From positions 17,856-81,855 of the forward strand of contig JBGSVZ010000101.1 in assembly GCA_041752695.1 (NCBI GenBank): a stretch of DNA of 64,000 nt. Reading direction: 5' to 3'. Numbering within the stretch: the first letter of the stretch is position 1; each line of letters begins with the position of its first letter. Positions 8,274-19,160 of the stretch are shown here, in pieces. Origin of the DNA: Terrimicrobiaceae bacterium (GTDB taxonomy: Bacteria > Verrucomicrobiota > Verrucomicrobiia > Chthoniobacterales > Terrimicrobiaceae). A model generated the notes under the pieces. The model made no database searches. It was not told the DNA's origin and was given only the letters and a program-made list of their open reading frames with translations. The position numbers and the translations under genes were made by a program.

Positions 8274-9305
8274 CTATTTTTTCTCCGCCGTGTAGAGCGC
8301 GACCAACGCGGCGCCGATGGCTTGGGAGAGTTCGCCGAGGGAGGCGGGGACGATTTTCAGCGTGTTGCGCTGGCTGGGGTGGAGCCAGGGTTCGGCGGAG
8401 GTGTGGATGGTCTTGAGGTAGTGGGCGCGAAATTCCTCAGTCGTGGAATGCGGATCGATGAGTCCGCCGCCGATGACGACATATTCGGCGTCGAAGGCCA
8501 TGGAGAGATTCGCGACGTGGAGACCGAGGGCCTTGGCCTGGTAGTCGAAGATTTCGAGGGCGAGTTTGTCGCCTTTTTGGGCGCGAGTGCGGAGGGAGAG
8601 GGCTTTTTCCTTGGCGGGGGCGGTGGAGTGGGCGAGTTCGTGGTCGGGGTATTTCGGGAGGAGGTAGTCGAGGAACTGGGGCAGTCCGGAGATGGTGGTG
8701 TAGGCTTCGAAGCACCCCCAGGAACGCCCGCAACCGCAGACAAATGAAGGTAGGCCGAGGAGGTGGAGGGGGGCGGGCATGTGTCCGGCTTCCATGGCGT
8801 TGAGAGTGTCGCCATCGAGGGAGAGGCCATCGGGACCGACATAAGCGCAGCCGAGGCCGGAACCTGGTGCCAGCATGATCATGGAAGCGCGTTTGTCGCC
8901 GCGCACCTTGGCGGCCTCGGCGACCCCGCCGTAGTTGCCGTCGTTGCCGGTGACGAGGGGGATGGGACGTCCGGCTTTATGCGCGAGGGCTTTCGAATAG
9001 TCGGCATGAAAATCCCAGCCGGCGAAAGATGGCGGCAGGTTCGCGGCGCGATCGAGGATGCCGTAGCTTTGGTAAGGTCCGGGAATGGCGAGGCCGACAC
9101 CGCGGATTTGGTCCCAGGTGAATTTGTGCGTGGCGAGGAATTTTTCCACACCCTCGATCCAGCCGTTGACGACCGCTTCGGTGCCGAGTTGGGAGTTGGT
9201 GGAGCTCTGGGCAAGTTCGTGAGAGACGGGGGTGCCGTCGGCAAAAATGCCGGCTGTCTTCGAGGTGGTCGCGCCGCTATCGGTGCCGATGTAGATGTCT
9301 TGCAT
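8274..9305 (-). CDS. ROK family sugar kinase (glucokinase-like)
   Basis: IGTDSGAT ATP-binding motif, GLAIPG, NDGN, GSGLG, EAGH, zinc motif CGCGRSWGCFE. Confidence 0.9.
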   Translation of the reverse strand: MQDIYIGTDSGATTSKTAGIFADGTPVSHELAQSSTNSQLGTEAVVNGWIEGVEKFLATHKFTWDQIRGVGLAIPGPYQSYGILDRAANLPPSFAGWDFHADYSKALAHKAGRPIPLVTGNDGNYGGVAEAAKVRGDKRASMIMLAPGSGLGCAYVGPDGLSLDGDTLNAMEAGHMPAPLHLLGLPSFVCGCGRSWGCFEAYTTISGLPQFLDYLLPKYPDHELAHSTAPAKEKALSLRTRAQKGDKLALEIFDYQAKALGLHVANLSMAFDAEYVVIGGGLIDPHSTTEEFRAHYLKTIHTSAEPWLHPSQRNTLKIVPASLGELSQAIGAALVALYTAEKK

Positions 9306-9419
9306 GGGAATTAGGAGATCGAAGTTGGGAGATGGAAGTTGGAAGGGGACGAGGATTTAGACACCAATTTCACAAATTTGCACGAAATTGGAGCGGGAAT
9401 TTTCCCGCAGCGGGGGCGA

Positions 9420-10040
9420 TTATAGCGGTCGGCCGAAGGCGACGAAGCGGCCGGTGCGTTTAAACCAGAGGAACCAATTGTAGCCGCCGTAGGGCGTTTC
9501 CGGGCGGAAGGTGTAGAGGTCCACGCCGCGGCTGCCTTGAGAGCCGGCCATGCGCAGGGAACCGTCAGGGTCGCGGCCGAGAAAAACCATAACGTGGGTA
9601 ATGGGCGGTTTGCGTGTGGGACGGTAGGTGTTTTCCCAGAAGAGCAGGTCACCTGGGCGAAGTCGGGAGCGCCACTTGGTGTTCGCGGCGTTGACCCGCC
9701 AGAGGCGGCGGGCGGCGCGCAGGGTTTCATATTGATCGGAGGCGGTGCGGGGCAGGGTGTGTCCCGCGGCCGAGAGGTAAAGCCATCGCGCGGTGTTGGA
9801 ACAGTCCATCGGCCAAGGCTGACTGGAACCGGGCGGTGTCCAGCGGCCGTTGTAGGGGACGGAGGAAAGGCGGGTTGTCTCGGCAGCGATCCGAGCGGCG
9901 AGATTGTCGCGGGTCATCTGCGCGCGGGCGGAGCTGACAGCAACTAGTGCGGCAGCAGCGAGAACGGACGCGGAAGACCAGAAGCGCACGCTAAAGCGGG
10001 AACTCCAGCGCTGCGCCGAGTCCGGTGCCTTTTGCAGCAT
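9420..10040 (-). CDS. NlpC/P60 family cell-wall peptidase (start uncertain)
   Basis: MDCS catalytic Cys, LPRTASDQY, PGDLLF, ITHV His; signal-like AAAALVAVSSARA. Confidence 0.85.
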   Translation of the reverse strand: MLQKAPDSAQRWSSRFSVRFWSSASVLAAAALVAVSSARAQMTRDNLAARIAAETTRLSSVPYNGRWTPPGSSQPWPMDCSNTARWLYLSAAGHTLPRTASDQYETLRAARRLWRVNAANTKWRSRLRPGDLLFWENTYRPTRKPPITHVMVFLGRDPDGSLRMAGSQGSRGVDLYTFRPETPYGGYNWFLWFKRTGRFVAFGRPL

Positions 10041-10076
10041 GCCCTATTCCATGGCGAGGGTTTCGGTCAGCGCGCG

Positions 10077-10754
10077 CTACGCTCCCAGCATCCAGGTGAC
10101 GTTGCCCTGGGGGGGTCGGACGGCGGCGCAGGGGTAGTTGGATTTTCCGCTGAACACTTCCTCCAGAATGGCGTCCTTGCCTTTGCTGTTGACGAGAAAA
10201 CAGACGTGCCGCGCGGCGTCGAGTATCGGGTAAGTGAAGGTGATGCGGTGGCTGTCGAATTTCGGCACGAAGTTGGAAACCACCCAGCGGTCTTTTTCGC
10301 CGAGGGCTTCGGTGCCCGGAAAAAGGGATGCGGTGTGTCCGTCGTCGCCCATACCGAGGAGGAGGAGGTCGTGGCGATAGAGTCCGTTTTTCGTGCGGGC
10401 GCGAAGGGTGTCTTCGTATTCCTGAGCGGCCACCGTGGGGTCGGCTTCGCCGCGAACACGGAGGATGTTTTCGGCCGGGATTGGAACGTGGTCGAAGAGG
10501 GCTTCCTTCGCCATGCGATAGTTGCTTTGGTCGCTGTCGGGTGGCACGCAGCGTTCGTCGCCGAAGGTGATGATCCATTTGCTCCAGGCGCCGCGATGTT
10601 TCGCGAGAGCCTCATAAACGGGGCGGGGCGTGTTGCCGCCGCTGAGCGCGAGGTGAAATTCGCCGCGTTCGAAGATGGCGATGTCCGCCTCGCGCTCGAT
10701 GAGGGCGACGGCGTCTTTAACGAAGTCCGTGGAGTGGATGATTTCGGGTGTCAT
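10077..10754 (-). CDS. pgl: 6-phosphogluconolactonase
   Basis: LSGGNTP, GDERCVP, SNYRM, LLGMGDDGHTASLFP. Confidence 0.95.
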   Translation of the reverse strand: MTPEIIHSTDFVKDAVALIEREADIAIFERGEFHLALSGGNTPRPVYEALAKHRGAWSKWIITFGDERCVPPDSDQSNYRMAKEALFDHVPIPAENILRVRGEADPTVAAQEYEDTLRARTKNGLYRHDLLLLGMGDDGHTASLFPGTEALGEKDRWVVSNFVPKFDSHRITFTYPILDAARHVCFLVNSKGKDAILEEVFSGKSNYPCAAVRPPQGNVTWMLGA

Positions 10755-10761
10755 AAATTTT

Positions 10762-11232
10762 TTACATGAGTCGGGCGGGGATGGAAAACTGGAGCTGTCC
10801 TGCACCGGGTGCAAGGACCGGAAGGTCCATGGCGGTCAGGGAAGCTTTGCGGATGAGAAGGTTGTGGGAGTTCGGAAGCCCGAGGAGGGCAGCAACCGTC
10901 TCGCCGAAATCCGGTTCGTGGCCTACGAGCATCACGGATTCGTTTTTTGCATAGGCGCTCAGTTCGCGTAGGCAGGACTCCGGGGTCATGCCGCAGGCGA
11001 GCCAATGTTCTTCGACGAGGTCGGCCCCACCAAGGCGCTGGGCCACGATTTTGGCGGTCTGTTTGGCGCGGACCACCGGGCTGTTGAGGATGAGGTCGGG
11101 GATGAGGCCGTAGCGGATGAGAAATTTGCCCACCTTTTCCGCCTGTTCGAGGCCCTTGACGGTGAGTTTGCGGTCGAAGTCGCGAGCGGCGTCGGGTTCG
11201 GCGTCGGCATGGCGGAGGAAATAGACAATCAT
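10762..11232 (-). CDS. sixA: Phosphohistidine phosphatase SixA
   Basis: LRHADA, DFDRKLT, SPVVRAKQTA, LVGHEP. Confidence 0.9.
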   Translation of the reverse strand: MIVYFLRHADAEPDAARDFDRKLTVKGLEQAEKVGKFLIRYGLIPDLILNSPVVRAKQTAKIVAQRLGGADLVEEHWLACGMTPESCLRELSAYAKNESVMLVGHEPDFGETVAALLGLPNSHNLLIRKASLTAMDLPVLAPGAGQLQFSIPARLM

Positions 11233-13481
11233 GGCGCCGGGAAGAGCGTGTTGGTGATGTCCTGACCGTTGTCGATAAACTTCGCGGAGGGACGTTGATC
11301 GGCGATGACCTGACCGTTCGCATCCGCGCCGTAGTAGGTATCAACGGCGGTGATGCCGGTGACTTGGATGGGCTGGCTGTTGGCTTGCAGCATTTTCGAT
11401 CCGGAAAAAACCACCGTGCGCGTCTGGCCGAAAAGCAGCGAAGGGACCGCGGACGCTTCGGCGTTAATTTCTCCGACGACAATCGAATCGGCGGCGACTC
11501 CCGTGGCCACGATGCCTGCTGCATCCGTCGAGGCCTGGAGGCGGCTGTTTCCGAGGAAGAGGCGGCCGATGGCCGGAGAGGTAACTGTCACGCGCCGGGC
11601 CGTGGCCACTGCGTCTCCCGAGGCCGGGTAGGGGCCATTGATTTTGCCGACGGAATAAAACCGGAACGTCGTTTCTGCCGTGGTGTCGGCCAAAACAAAG
11701 GCGGCGTCACCGCGGGCGGGGAATTTGGCGTTAGCCCGCAGCACGGCGTTGTCGAGCTGGATGGCCAGAGTCCCGGGACCCGACATCTCCGCAACAACGA
11801 GGTCGCCATCGGCATCCAGGAAAATCACTCTGGCCCCGATTCCACTGCGCGGGCGAATGGTGAGATTCGCCCCCAACATGACAACTTCGTCCACGACGCG
11901 TCCGTCGCGCACGACGTTTTGGAATTTCTCCGGGCAAAAGGCAGGCCCCGCGATCACAGGCGTGCCGGGTTCACTAATGAGGACTTCGAGGATGCCTTGA
12001 GCAGTCCCCTGAATATTGGTGGCGGTGATCGGAAGGAGATAGCGTCCTGCTTCCTTGGGCGTGCCGCGCAGTTCGCCGGTGAGGGGATTGATGCGCAGAC
12101 CGGGGATGTTGCCGGTGGTGGAAATGACGGTATTTTTCGGCAAGGCGGTGAGCGGGTGGGAAAATGCCACGCCAACGGTTCCTGCGGCGAGGGCGGTGCC
12201 GACAAGGGCTGGCCGTCCCGGTTGGTAGCGGCTGCGAAACATGTCACCGGAAACTCGCGGCAGATCTTTCAGGGCGGTCTGGATGCCGTCGCGGATTTCC
12301 TGGTCGAACGTGGTCCCGGCGAACGGCGGGTCAAAGACCTCCGGCGCAGACTGGTCCCGGCCGTTCATGACGATGGTCACGCCGAGCCCATTGGGCAGAC
12401 TGGCGGCCCAGGCGGCGACTCCGGGCATGGAACCGTATTTTCCCCAGACGCTGCCATTTTCAAACGCCTCGGTGTGGAAGCCGTAGAAAGTCGCCGTATC
12501 CTGCCAGGTTTGCACGCCTGCCGGCCGGGTGGAAAAACGGCCGCGCGATTCGGCGCTGAGCATCGCGGGTTTCCGTTCGGCACTCAAATGGCTCATCAGC
12601 AACGCAAAATCCACTGCCGAAAACAACCAGCCGCCGGTGGGTGCAATGAGCGGTAGATCCAGTGTTCCGTAAGCATAGGGCAGGGGAACCAGACCTTCGC
12701 CGGGGTAGAGGGAAGGATAGGTGGGCTCCCCATCCGCATAAATCGGCTCGCCGAGCTGACGGTCCGCCAGACGGGTCGTGCCAATACGCGGGGCACGGAG
12801 ACCGACAGGCAGAAGGAGGGTTTCGATGACCTGAGCCTCGTAAGGTTTTCCCGATTTGAGGCTGATCAACTTCGCTAGGAAAATTGGGCTGATGTTGAGA
12901 TACGCATAAGTCGTCCCCGGATCGAAGCCGAGGGGTTTAGTCAGCATGGCCTCAGAGATCAGGTCGCGATTCGCCGGGAGTGGGGAGCCGGAGTCGAGGA
13001 GAACGTTGAGCGTGGCGAATGGCGAGGAGGTGTCCGACTGCGGCTTCCAACCGCTCGACATCGTGAACAAATCCTTCAGCCTGACGTTCGTCAGGCGGGG
13101 GTCGGCCTCGCCCGGAACAGGAAAAGGCAACAGCCCCGTCGGGCCGAAGGCGCGCGCCTCAACGTCCACTCCGCCCCGGTCCACAAGTTTCAGCAGGGCC
13201 GATGCTGTCACCAATTTGGAAAGGCTTCCGATGCGAGTGAGGGTGTCGGGCTCGAAATTTTCACTCGTCTCCGGATTGGCCAGTCCAAAACCCTGGGCAT
13301 ACACCAGCCGTCCGCCTTGGGTAACCGCCAGCGCCCCGCCGGGAATTTCATAGCGCGCGAGAAAATCCTCCATCCACTGCGTCAGGGCGTCGAAATTTTT
13401 ATTCTTCTCCGTTCCCGCGGCCGAGGCCCCAGCCAGGGCGACAAGGGTTACCCATAACAAGATTAAAATGCGCGCTCTCAT
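11229..13481 (-). CDS. Exported serine hydrolase (class C beta-lactamase/PBP fold) with a putative Ig domain and a C-terminal beta-rich domain
   Basis: Signal peptide from ATG 13481. SxxK (GSLSK), YxN (YLN), GGW. He_PIG-like GLRINPLTGELRGTPKEAG. Confidence 0.85.
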   Translation of the reverse strand: MRARILILLWVTLVALAGASAAGTEKNKNFDALTQWMEDFLARYEIPGGALAVTQGGRLVYAQGFGLANPETSENFEPDTLTRIGSLSKLVTASALLKLVDRGGVDVEARAFGPTGLLPFPVPGEADPRLTNVRLKDLFTMSSGWKPQSDTSSPFATLNVLLDSGSPLPANRDLISEAMLTKPLGFDPGTTYAYLNISPIFLAKLISLKSGKPYEAQVIETLLLPVGLRAPRIGTTRLADRQLGEPIYADGEPTYPSLYPGEGLVPLPYAYGTLDLPLIAPTGGWLFSAVDFALLMSHLSAERKPAMLSAESRGRFSTRPAGVQTWQDTATFYGFHTEAFENGSVWGKYGSMPGVAAWAASLPNGLGVTIVMNGRDQSAPEVFDPPFAGTTFDQEIRDGIQTALKDLPRVSGDMFRSRYQPGRPALVGTALAAGTVGVAFSHPLTALPKNTVISTTGNIPGLRINPLTGELRGTPKEAGRYLLPITATNIQGTAQGILEVLISEPGTPVIAGPAFCPEKFQNVVRDGRVVDEVVMLGANLTIRPRSGIGARVIFLDADGDLVVAEMSGPGTLAIQLDNAVLRANAKFPARGDAAFVLADTTAETTFRFYSVGKINGPYPASGDAVATARRVTVTSPAIGRLFLGNSRLQASTDAAGIVATGVAADSIVVGEINAEASAVPSLLFGQTRTVVFSGSKMLQANSQPIQVTGITAVDTYYGADANGQVIADQRPSAKFIDNGQDITNTLFPAP

Positions 13482-13675
13482 AACCGACCGGACGTCTCGT
13501 AATGTCTCTAGCCCGGGAATTGCGTCGAAACAACGGAAAACCTCCCGTTTCTGGCACGCCCTCTGCTTCCCCGCCCGGACAACCGACGACCATTCGCCAC
13601 GAACCCACGGGAACCCGCCGCTCACAAATTGCTGGCGTGGCCCGCCGTTTTGGCGTCAATAAAAGACTTACCAAC

Positions 13676-16552
13676 ATGATCGACACACTGCGCACCTTCG
13701 ACGCCGGCCACGGCAAGACCGGACTCTATTACTCCCTGCCCGAATTGGAAAAGCAGGGCATCGGCAAAATCTCGCGCCTCCCGATCAGCATTCGTATCGT
13801 TCTGGAATCCGTCCTCCGGAATAACGACGGCAAACGGGTGGCGGACAAGGACGTCGAGATTCTCGCCAACTGGAATGCCAAGGCCCCGGCCCAGGTCGAA
13901 ATTCCCTTCGTCGTTGCGCGCGTCGTTCTGCAAGATTTCACCGGCGTCCCGCTCCTCGTCGATCTCGCCGCCATGCGCACCACGGTCGCCAGCCTCGGCC
14001 GCGATCCGAAAATGATCGAGCCCCTCGTGCCCGTCGATCTCGTCGTCGATCACTCTGTGCAAGTCGATTTCTTCGGCTCATCCCAGGCCCTCCAGCTCAA
14101 CCTCGACCTGGAGTTTAAACGCAATCGCGAACGTTACGAACTCCTCAAATGGGGCCAGCAAGCTTTCCAAACCTTTGGCGTTGTGCCTCCCGGCATCGGC
14201 ATCATTCACCAGGTCAACCTCGAATACCTCGCCAAGGGCGTCCTCAGCGCGAAGTCCGAGCAGGGCGAAGTTTTCTATCCCGACACCCTCGTCGGCACCG
14301 ATTCCCACACCACCATGATCAACGGCCTCGGCGTCGTCGGTTGGGGCGTGGGCGGCATTGAGGCCGAATCCGGCATGCTTGGCCAGCCTGTCTATTTCCT
14401 AACGCCCGAAGTCGTCGGCGTTTACCTTACCGGTTCGCTCAAGGAAGGCGTTACCGCCACCGACCTCGTCCTCAAAGTCACCGAGATCCTCCGAAAAGCG
14501 AAAGTCGTCGGCAAGTTCGTCGAATTCTATGGACCCGGCGCGAAATCCCTCGCCGTTGTCGATCGCGCCACCATCGCCAACATGGCCCCGGAATACGGAG
14601 CCACCATGGGCTTCTTCGGCGTCGACGAAGAAACCGTCGCCTACATGCGCGGCACCGGCCGCAGCGAAGAACTCTGCTCCGCCTTCGAAGCCTACTACAA
14701 GGCCCAGGGTCTCTGGGGCATCCCCGAAAAAGGCCAGATCGACTACAGCTCCGAGATGGAACTCGACCTCGCCAGCGTTGTTCCCGGCGTTGCCGGCCCA
14801 AAACGCCCGCAGGATCGCATTAACCTTCCCGAGCTCAAATCCACCTTCCAGGGTCTCTTCGAGAAACCTCTTTCCGAAGGGGGTTATGGCAAAAAACTCA
14901 CCGACCTCGAGCCCAAGTTCAGCGTCCAACTCAATGGCGCGAAGCCCATCGAAGACATCCTGCCTTCCACCGACTCCACCACCAACCACCTCAAGGAAGG
15001 CCTGCCGCAAAATGAAGTCGAGATGGTGACCAACCGTCCGACCCCCGACAATGTCGCGTCCTCTGACTACGACACGGCGAAGGCCAGCGTCGGCAACGGT
15101 AGCGTCCTCATCGCCGCCATCACGAGTTGCACAAACACCAGCAACCCGAGCGTGATGCTCGGCGCCGGACTCCTTGCCAAAAAAGCGGTGGAGAAGGGCC
15201 TCAAGGTCAACCCCGCCGTGAAGACCTCCCTCGGGCCAGGGTCGCGCGTCGTCACCGACTACCTTGATAAAACCGGCCTCCAGCCCTACCTCGACACCCT
15301 CGGTTTCCAGACCGTCGGTTACGGCTGCACCACCTGTATTGGCAACTCCGGCCCGCTCCACCCCTCGCTGGAAAAAGCCATCCTCGACAACGACCTCGTC
15401 GCCGCCAGCGTGCTCTCGGGCAACCGCAACTTCGAAGCCCGCGTCCACCAAAACATCCGTGCGAACTTCCTCATGTCCCCGCCGCTCGTCGTGGCCTTTG
15501 CCCTCGCCGGCACGGTCGATATCGACATGAGCAAGGAACCGCTGGGCAAGGGCGCCGACGGTGCCGACGTTTTCCTCAAGGACATCTGGCCCACCCAGGC
15601 CGAGGTGCGCGAGGCCATGTCCTCCGCCCTTAAGCCCGAAGTGTACCGCCGCCTCTACACCGACTTCGCCAGCCAGAATCCCAAGTGGAACGAGATTCCG
15701 AGCAGTGTGGGTGAGGTTTACGCCTGGAACAATAAATCGACCTATATCCAGGAACCGCCCTTCTTCGATGGCTTCAGCATGGCGCTTGGCACCATCGGCG
15801 ACATCAAAGGCGCGCGTCCCCTGGGCATTTTCGGCGACAGCGTCACCACCGATCACATCAGCCCGGCTGGTGCGATTAAGAAGACCAGCCCCGCCGGCAA
15901 GTTTCTCCTCGAAAACGGCGTATCCGTAGAAGATTTCAACAGCTACGGCTCCCGTCGCGGCAACGACCGCGTGATGACCCGCGGCACCTTTGCCAACGTC
16001 CGCATCAAGAACCTCATGGTTCCTGGCATCGAAGGTGGTTACACCCTCTACTTTGGCAAAGGCGAAGTGCCCGCGCCCGACAAGGAAATCAGCGCCAAGG
16101 CCGGCACGCCCACCTTCATCTACGATGCCTGCATGGCCTACAAAGCCGAAGGCACCCCGCTCATCATCTTCACCGGACAGGAATATGGCACCGGTTCCAG
16201 CCGCGACTGGGCGGCCAAAGGCACCAACCTCCTCGGCGTAAAAGCGGTCGTCGCCCAGAGCTTCGAACGCATCCACCGCTCGAACCTCGTCGGCATGGGC
16301 GTCCTGCCCTGCCAGTTCCCGGAAGGCGTCACCGCCCAGACCCTCGGCCTGGATGGAACGGAAACCTTCGACATCCTCGGCATCAAGGGCGAAGACCTTA
16401 AACCCATGCAGGACGTCACCCTTGTCATCCACCGCGCCGACGGCACGGAGGAGCAACATACCCTGCGCTCGCGCATCGACACGGCCATCGAGGTGGACTA
16501 CTTCCGCCACGGCGGCATCCTGCCTTATGTGCTGCGCCAGCTTCTGTCCTAA
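13676..16552 (+). CDS. acnA: Aconitate hydratase A
   Basis: [51 protein letters not shown]. Confidence 0.97.
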   Translation: MIDTLRTFDAGHGKTGLYYSLPELEKQGIGKISRLPISIRIVLESVLRNNDGKRVADKDVEILANWNAKAPAQVEIPFVVARVVLQDFTGVPLLVDLAAMRTTVASLGRDPKMIEPLVPVDLVVDHSVQVDFFGSSQALQLNLDLEFKRNRERYELLKWGQQAFQTFGVVPPGIGIIHQVNLEYLAKGVLSAKSEQGEVFYPDTLVGTDSHTTMINGLGVVGWGVGGIEAESGMLGQPVYFLTPEVVGVYLTGSLKEGVTATDLVLKVTEILRKAKVVGKFVEFYGPGAKSLAVVDRATIANMAPEYGATMGFFGVDEETVAYMRGTGRSEELCSAFEAYYKAQGLWGIPEKGQIDYSSEMELDLASVVPGVAGPKRPQDRINLPELKSTFQGLFEKPLSEGGYGKKLTDLEPKFSVQLNGAKPIEDILPSTDSTTNHLKEGLPQNEVEMVTNRPTPDNVASSDYDTAKASVGNGSVLIAAITSCTNTSNPSVMLGAGLLAKKAVEKGLKVNPAVKTSLGPGSRVVTDYLDKTGLQPYLDTLGFQTVGYGCTTCIGNSGPLHPSLEKAILDNDLVAASVLSGNRNFEARVHQNIRANFLMSPPLVVAFALAGTVDIDMSKEPLGKGADGADVFLKDIWPTQAEVREAMSSALKPEVYRRLYTDFASQNPKWNEIPSSVGEVYAWNNKSTYIQEPPFFDGFSMALGTIGDIKGARPLGIFGDSVTTDHISPAGAIKKTSPAGKFLLENGVSVEDFNSYGSRRGNDRVMTRGTFANVRIKNLMVPGIEGGYTLYFGKGEVPAPDKEISAKAGTPTFIYDACMAYKAEGTPLIIFTGQEYGTGSSRDWAAKGTNLLGVKAVVAQSFERIHRSNLVGMGVLPCQFPEGVTAQTLGLDGTETFDILGIKGEDLKPMQDVTLVIHRADGTEEQHTLRSRIDTAIEVDYFRHGGILPYVLRQLLS

Positions 16553-16792
16553 ACGACAGTTGCTAACCAATTGATGGCTTTTCGCGTCTGATGCGACTTG
16601 GAGTCCGGCTCATCCCCACGGAAATGCAGCCGGAAACAGGAGCAACTGTGACCTCGTGGCCACAGTCTGGAGCCAGGACAGAGACGATTAATTTCGAACC
16701 GTAAAGGGCACTCTGTCCTCGGGAGCTATTGAAAATGCAGGCAAGGTCGTCATCCAACCGATGACTGCCCAGGCGGCGAATGTCGGAAAAGA

Positions 16793-17569
16793 CTAAGAAG
16801 ACGATTGACGGGACTGGTCGCCCAAAGGCGCGATCACGGCGGGCAGGGATTTTCCGAGAATTCGAAAGCGAAGGAACTCCAGAAGAAACTGGGTGTAATA
16901 CGCCGCGCCCCAGCGAATGACCTGCAATTTTCTCTCGCCGGCGATGCGTTTCGGCTCTGGGGAACCAATTTTCGAAACCTTGCAGCCGGTCGCCGCCGCA
17001 CGGACGGAGAGGAGGGGTTCGATGCCGATGCGCGTGAAATAGAGTTTCTCCGGGAGCGTGTAGGCTTCGTGACGGTCGAGTCCCAATTCGTAGAAAAGTT
17101 TGGTGCGGTAGCCGCGATAAATGCCCATGCAGTCGGAGTAATCCGCCTGGAAGAGAAAGTTGACGGTTGAGGTGAAAAACCAATTGCCAAATCCCGTGAC
17201 GAGATCGTCATCCTCGCTGCCCGCATCTTTTCCGTAACGGGACGCGACCACCATGTCGTAACCTTCCTGCATCTTGGCAAAAAGTCGGGGGATGTCCTCC
17301 GGGATGCAGTTTCCATCCGGGCTCATGGTGATCACGTAAGGCTGGGTGATGAGCGGCCAGGCCTCGATGTAGGCATGACGGATCCCTCGCTCCTTCTGCA
17401 CGTAGACGGTTGCGCCCATGGCGGATGCGACCTCGCAGGTCTTGTCGCGAGAATTTCCATCGGAGACGATGACCTGGGCCGGATGCTGGGCGAGAATCCG
17501 GGGAAGCAGCACCTTGAGTCCCTCCTCCTCGTTCATCGTGGGCAAAAATATGGTGAGAGGGAGTGTCAT
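16793..17569 (-). CDS. Glycosyltransferase family 2 (polyprenol-phosphate glycosyltransferase-like)
   Basis: LPTMNEE, SDGNSRD, GYDMVVASR. Confidence 0.88.
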   Translation of the reverse strand: MTLPLTIFLPTMNEEEGLKVLLPRILAQHPAQVIVSDGNSRDKTCEVASAMGATVYVQKERGIRHAYIEAWPLITQPYVITMSPDGNCIPEDIPRLFAKMQEGYDMVVASRYGKDAGSEDDDLVTGFGNWFFTSTVNFLFQADYSDCMGIYRGYRTKLFYELGLDRHEAYTLPEKLYFTRIGIEPLLSVRAAATGCKVSKIGSPEPKRIAGERKLQVIRWGAAYYTQFLLEFLRFRILGKSLPAVIAPLGDQSRQSSS

Positions 17570-17576
17570 GAATGCG

Positions 17577-19127
17577 TTATTTCTGCGGAAGAAAACGAGG
17601 ATTGGCGAGAATGGAGTAGGTTTTTCCGCTCCAGACGATGGGCCAGCGTTCCTTCTCCAGCTTTGCCGTGAGTTGGTTGATATTGGGTTCGGCGAAGGTC
17701 CACCGGCGGTCGATGTCCCCGACCACCGCGAATTTCACTTTTTCCAATGAGGCATCATAGCGAAAGCGCTCGCGGCGGTTGCCGTTTTCGTAGCCTTGAG
17801 TGGGCACGCCGTACCAGGTGATCATTTGCAGGTAGGGAATGGTCTTGGCCTTGAGTAGCCAGGCGCTGTTGGCGTTGCCGACGACCGCGTCTTTGGAGGT
17901 GGTGTGCGCATTCAACCAGGCCGCGGCCTGCTCGACCTCCGCAGGGGATTGGGTGACCCAGTATTGGTTGCGGGGTTTGAGGGTGCCGAGGATGGCGTCC
18001 GGCGCGATTTGGACAAAGCAGGACAGCGGGAGAACCCAGAAAAACCAGGCCACGCGCGGCGCCCAGGGAAAAGAAAGGCGGGCCAGGTGTTTTTCCGCAG
18101 TGTGGAAAAGGCCGGCCCAAGCGATGCCGAGGACGGGAAGAAGGACGGCGGCCTGATAGTAGAATACCACCAGGTTCTGACGGTTTTTCACGAGCAGGAA
18201 GAGAACCAGTCCGCCCACGATGGTCACGGGAAATAGCCGCCGGTTCAGGCACGCCAGGAGACCAAGGACGGCTCCGATGTGGAACCAGTCCTGTCGGACG
18301 AAAATGGAAAGGTTCCTGAGGGCCTGGAACCCGCCACCGTCTTCAGCGCCGCGGCCGGTAAAAACATTTTTCAGTTGCTCGAGATCCTCCCAAAGCCAGT
18401 TGCCGAAACGGAGCCAGGCGAAAAGGAGGCTGGCCAGGACCACGATGCCGGCGGGCGCGAAAAGCGGAATCCAGCTTTTGGGATGACGCAGTCGCACGAG
18501 GCCCGCGGAGAGAGCGGCGTGAATGAACAGCGGATGCGAAGCGGCGGCGATGGCGAGTCCTCCGCCGGCGAGGAGATCATTGCGCAGGCCCGGTGAGCGA
18601 AGAAGGAAAAGGGTCATCAATCCCACCCCAAGTCCCACGGCATTGTGGGCGTAGCTCATGCGAAAATGGATGACCGACTGCGAGTAGGAAAGAAAGAGGA
18701 GGGCCCCAAAGAGCGCGGCGGGCAGACCCAGTGGTGCGCGGCCCAGTGCCACGATGGCGAGGGCGGATGCGAGGGCGAGCAGGGTGTTGAATAAGCGCGA
18801 GCCGACAATGTCCCCACCTGCGGCGTTGGCGAAAAGGCCGTTTACGAAAGTGTAGCCGGGTTGATACGGATAGTGCGGATGCCAGTAGGTGTTCCAGAGG
18901 GCAAAGTGAGTGGGCTGACCCGCCGCAAGGTCGCGCGAGCAGGAATGGATGAGCGTTTCATCGCCATACCAACCGGGGGATGTCCGGACGTGGGGCAGAT
19001 AAAGCAAAGCCCACACCACCACAACCAGCGCGAGGGCCACGATCAGCTGCTTTCGGGGAGGCTCGGCGCTCTGCCAGCTCCGGGAGAGACCGGAGAGAAA
19101 ACCGGGGGAGGTGGCGGCGGCGGTCAT
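17577..19127 (-). CDS. ArnT/PMT-like GT-C membrane glycosyltransferase
   Basis: Multiple TM helices, WYGDE loop after the first TM, GSRLFNTLL; adjacent to the GT2 gene. Confidence 0.7.
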   Translation of the reverse strand: MTAAATSPGFLSGLSRSWQSAEPPRKQLIVALALVVVVWALLYLPHVRTSPGWYGDETLIHSCSRDLAAGQPTHFALWNTYWHPHYPYQPGYTFVNGLFANAAGGDIVGSRLFNTLLALASALAIVALGRAPLGLPAALFGALLFLSYSQSVIHFRMSYAHNAVGLGVGLMTLFLLRSPGLRNDLLAGGGLAIAAASHPLFIHAALSAGLVRLRHPKSWIPLFAPAGIVVLASLLFAWLRFGNWLWEDLEQLKNVFTGRGAEDGGGFQALRNLSIFVRQDWFHIGAVLGLLACLNRRLFPVTIVGGLVLFLLVKNRQNLVVFYYQAAVLLPVLGIAWAGLFHTAEKHLARLSFPWAPRVAWFFWVLPLSCFVQIAPDAILGTLKPRNQYWVTQSPAEVEQAAAWLNAHTTSKDAVVGNANSAWLLKAKTIPYLQMITWYGVPTQGYENGNRRERFRYDASLEKVKFAVVGDIDRRWTFAEPNINQLTAKLEKERWPIVWSGKTYSILANPRFLPQK

Positions 19128-19160
19128 CAGAAAAAAGGGGCGTTGCCGCTGAGCCGGTAG

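Noticed and set aside
9314..9390. GGAGAT(C/G)GAAGTTG x2 and the CCAATTTC...GAAATTGG inverted repeat
   Set aside because: Short generic intergenic repeats; too little to assign a function.
11229..13481. Antibiotic-resistance beta-lactamase
   Set aside because: The SxxK/YxN fold is shared by esterases and peptidases, and nothing indicates resistance.
14399..16570. 723-aa minus-strand ORF, and similar long shadows at 35620-36909, 41583-43133, 49496-51001 and 60042-61259
   Set aside because: Antisense to well-supported genes; typical high-GC codon-bias artefacts.
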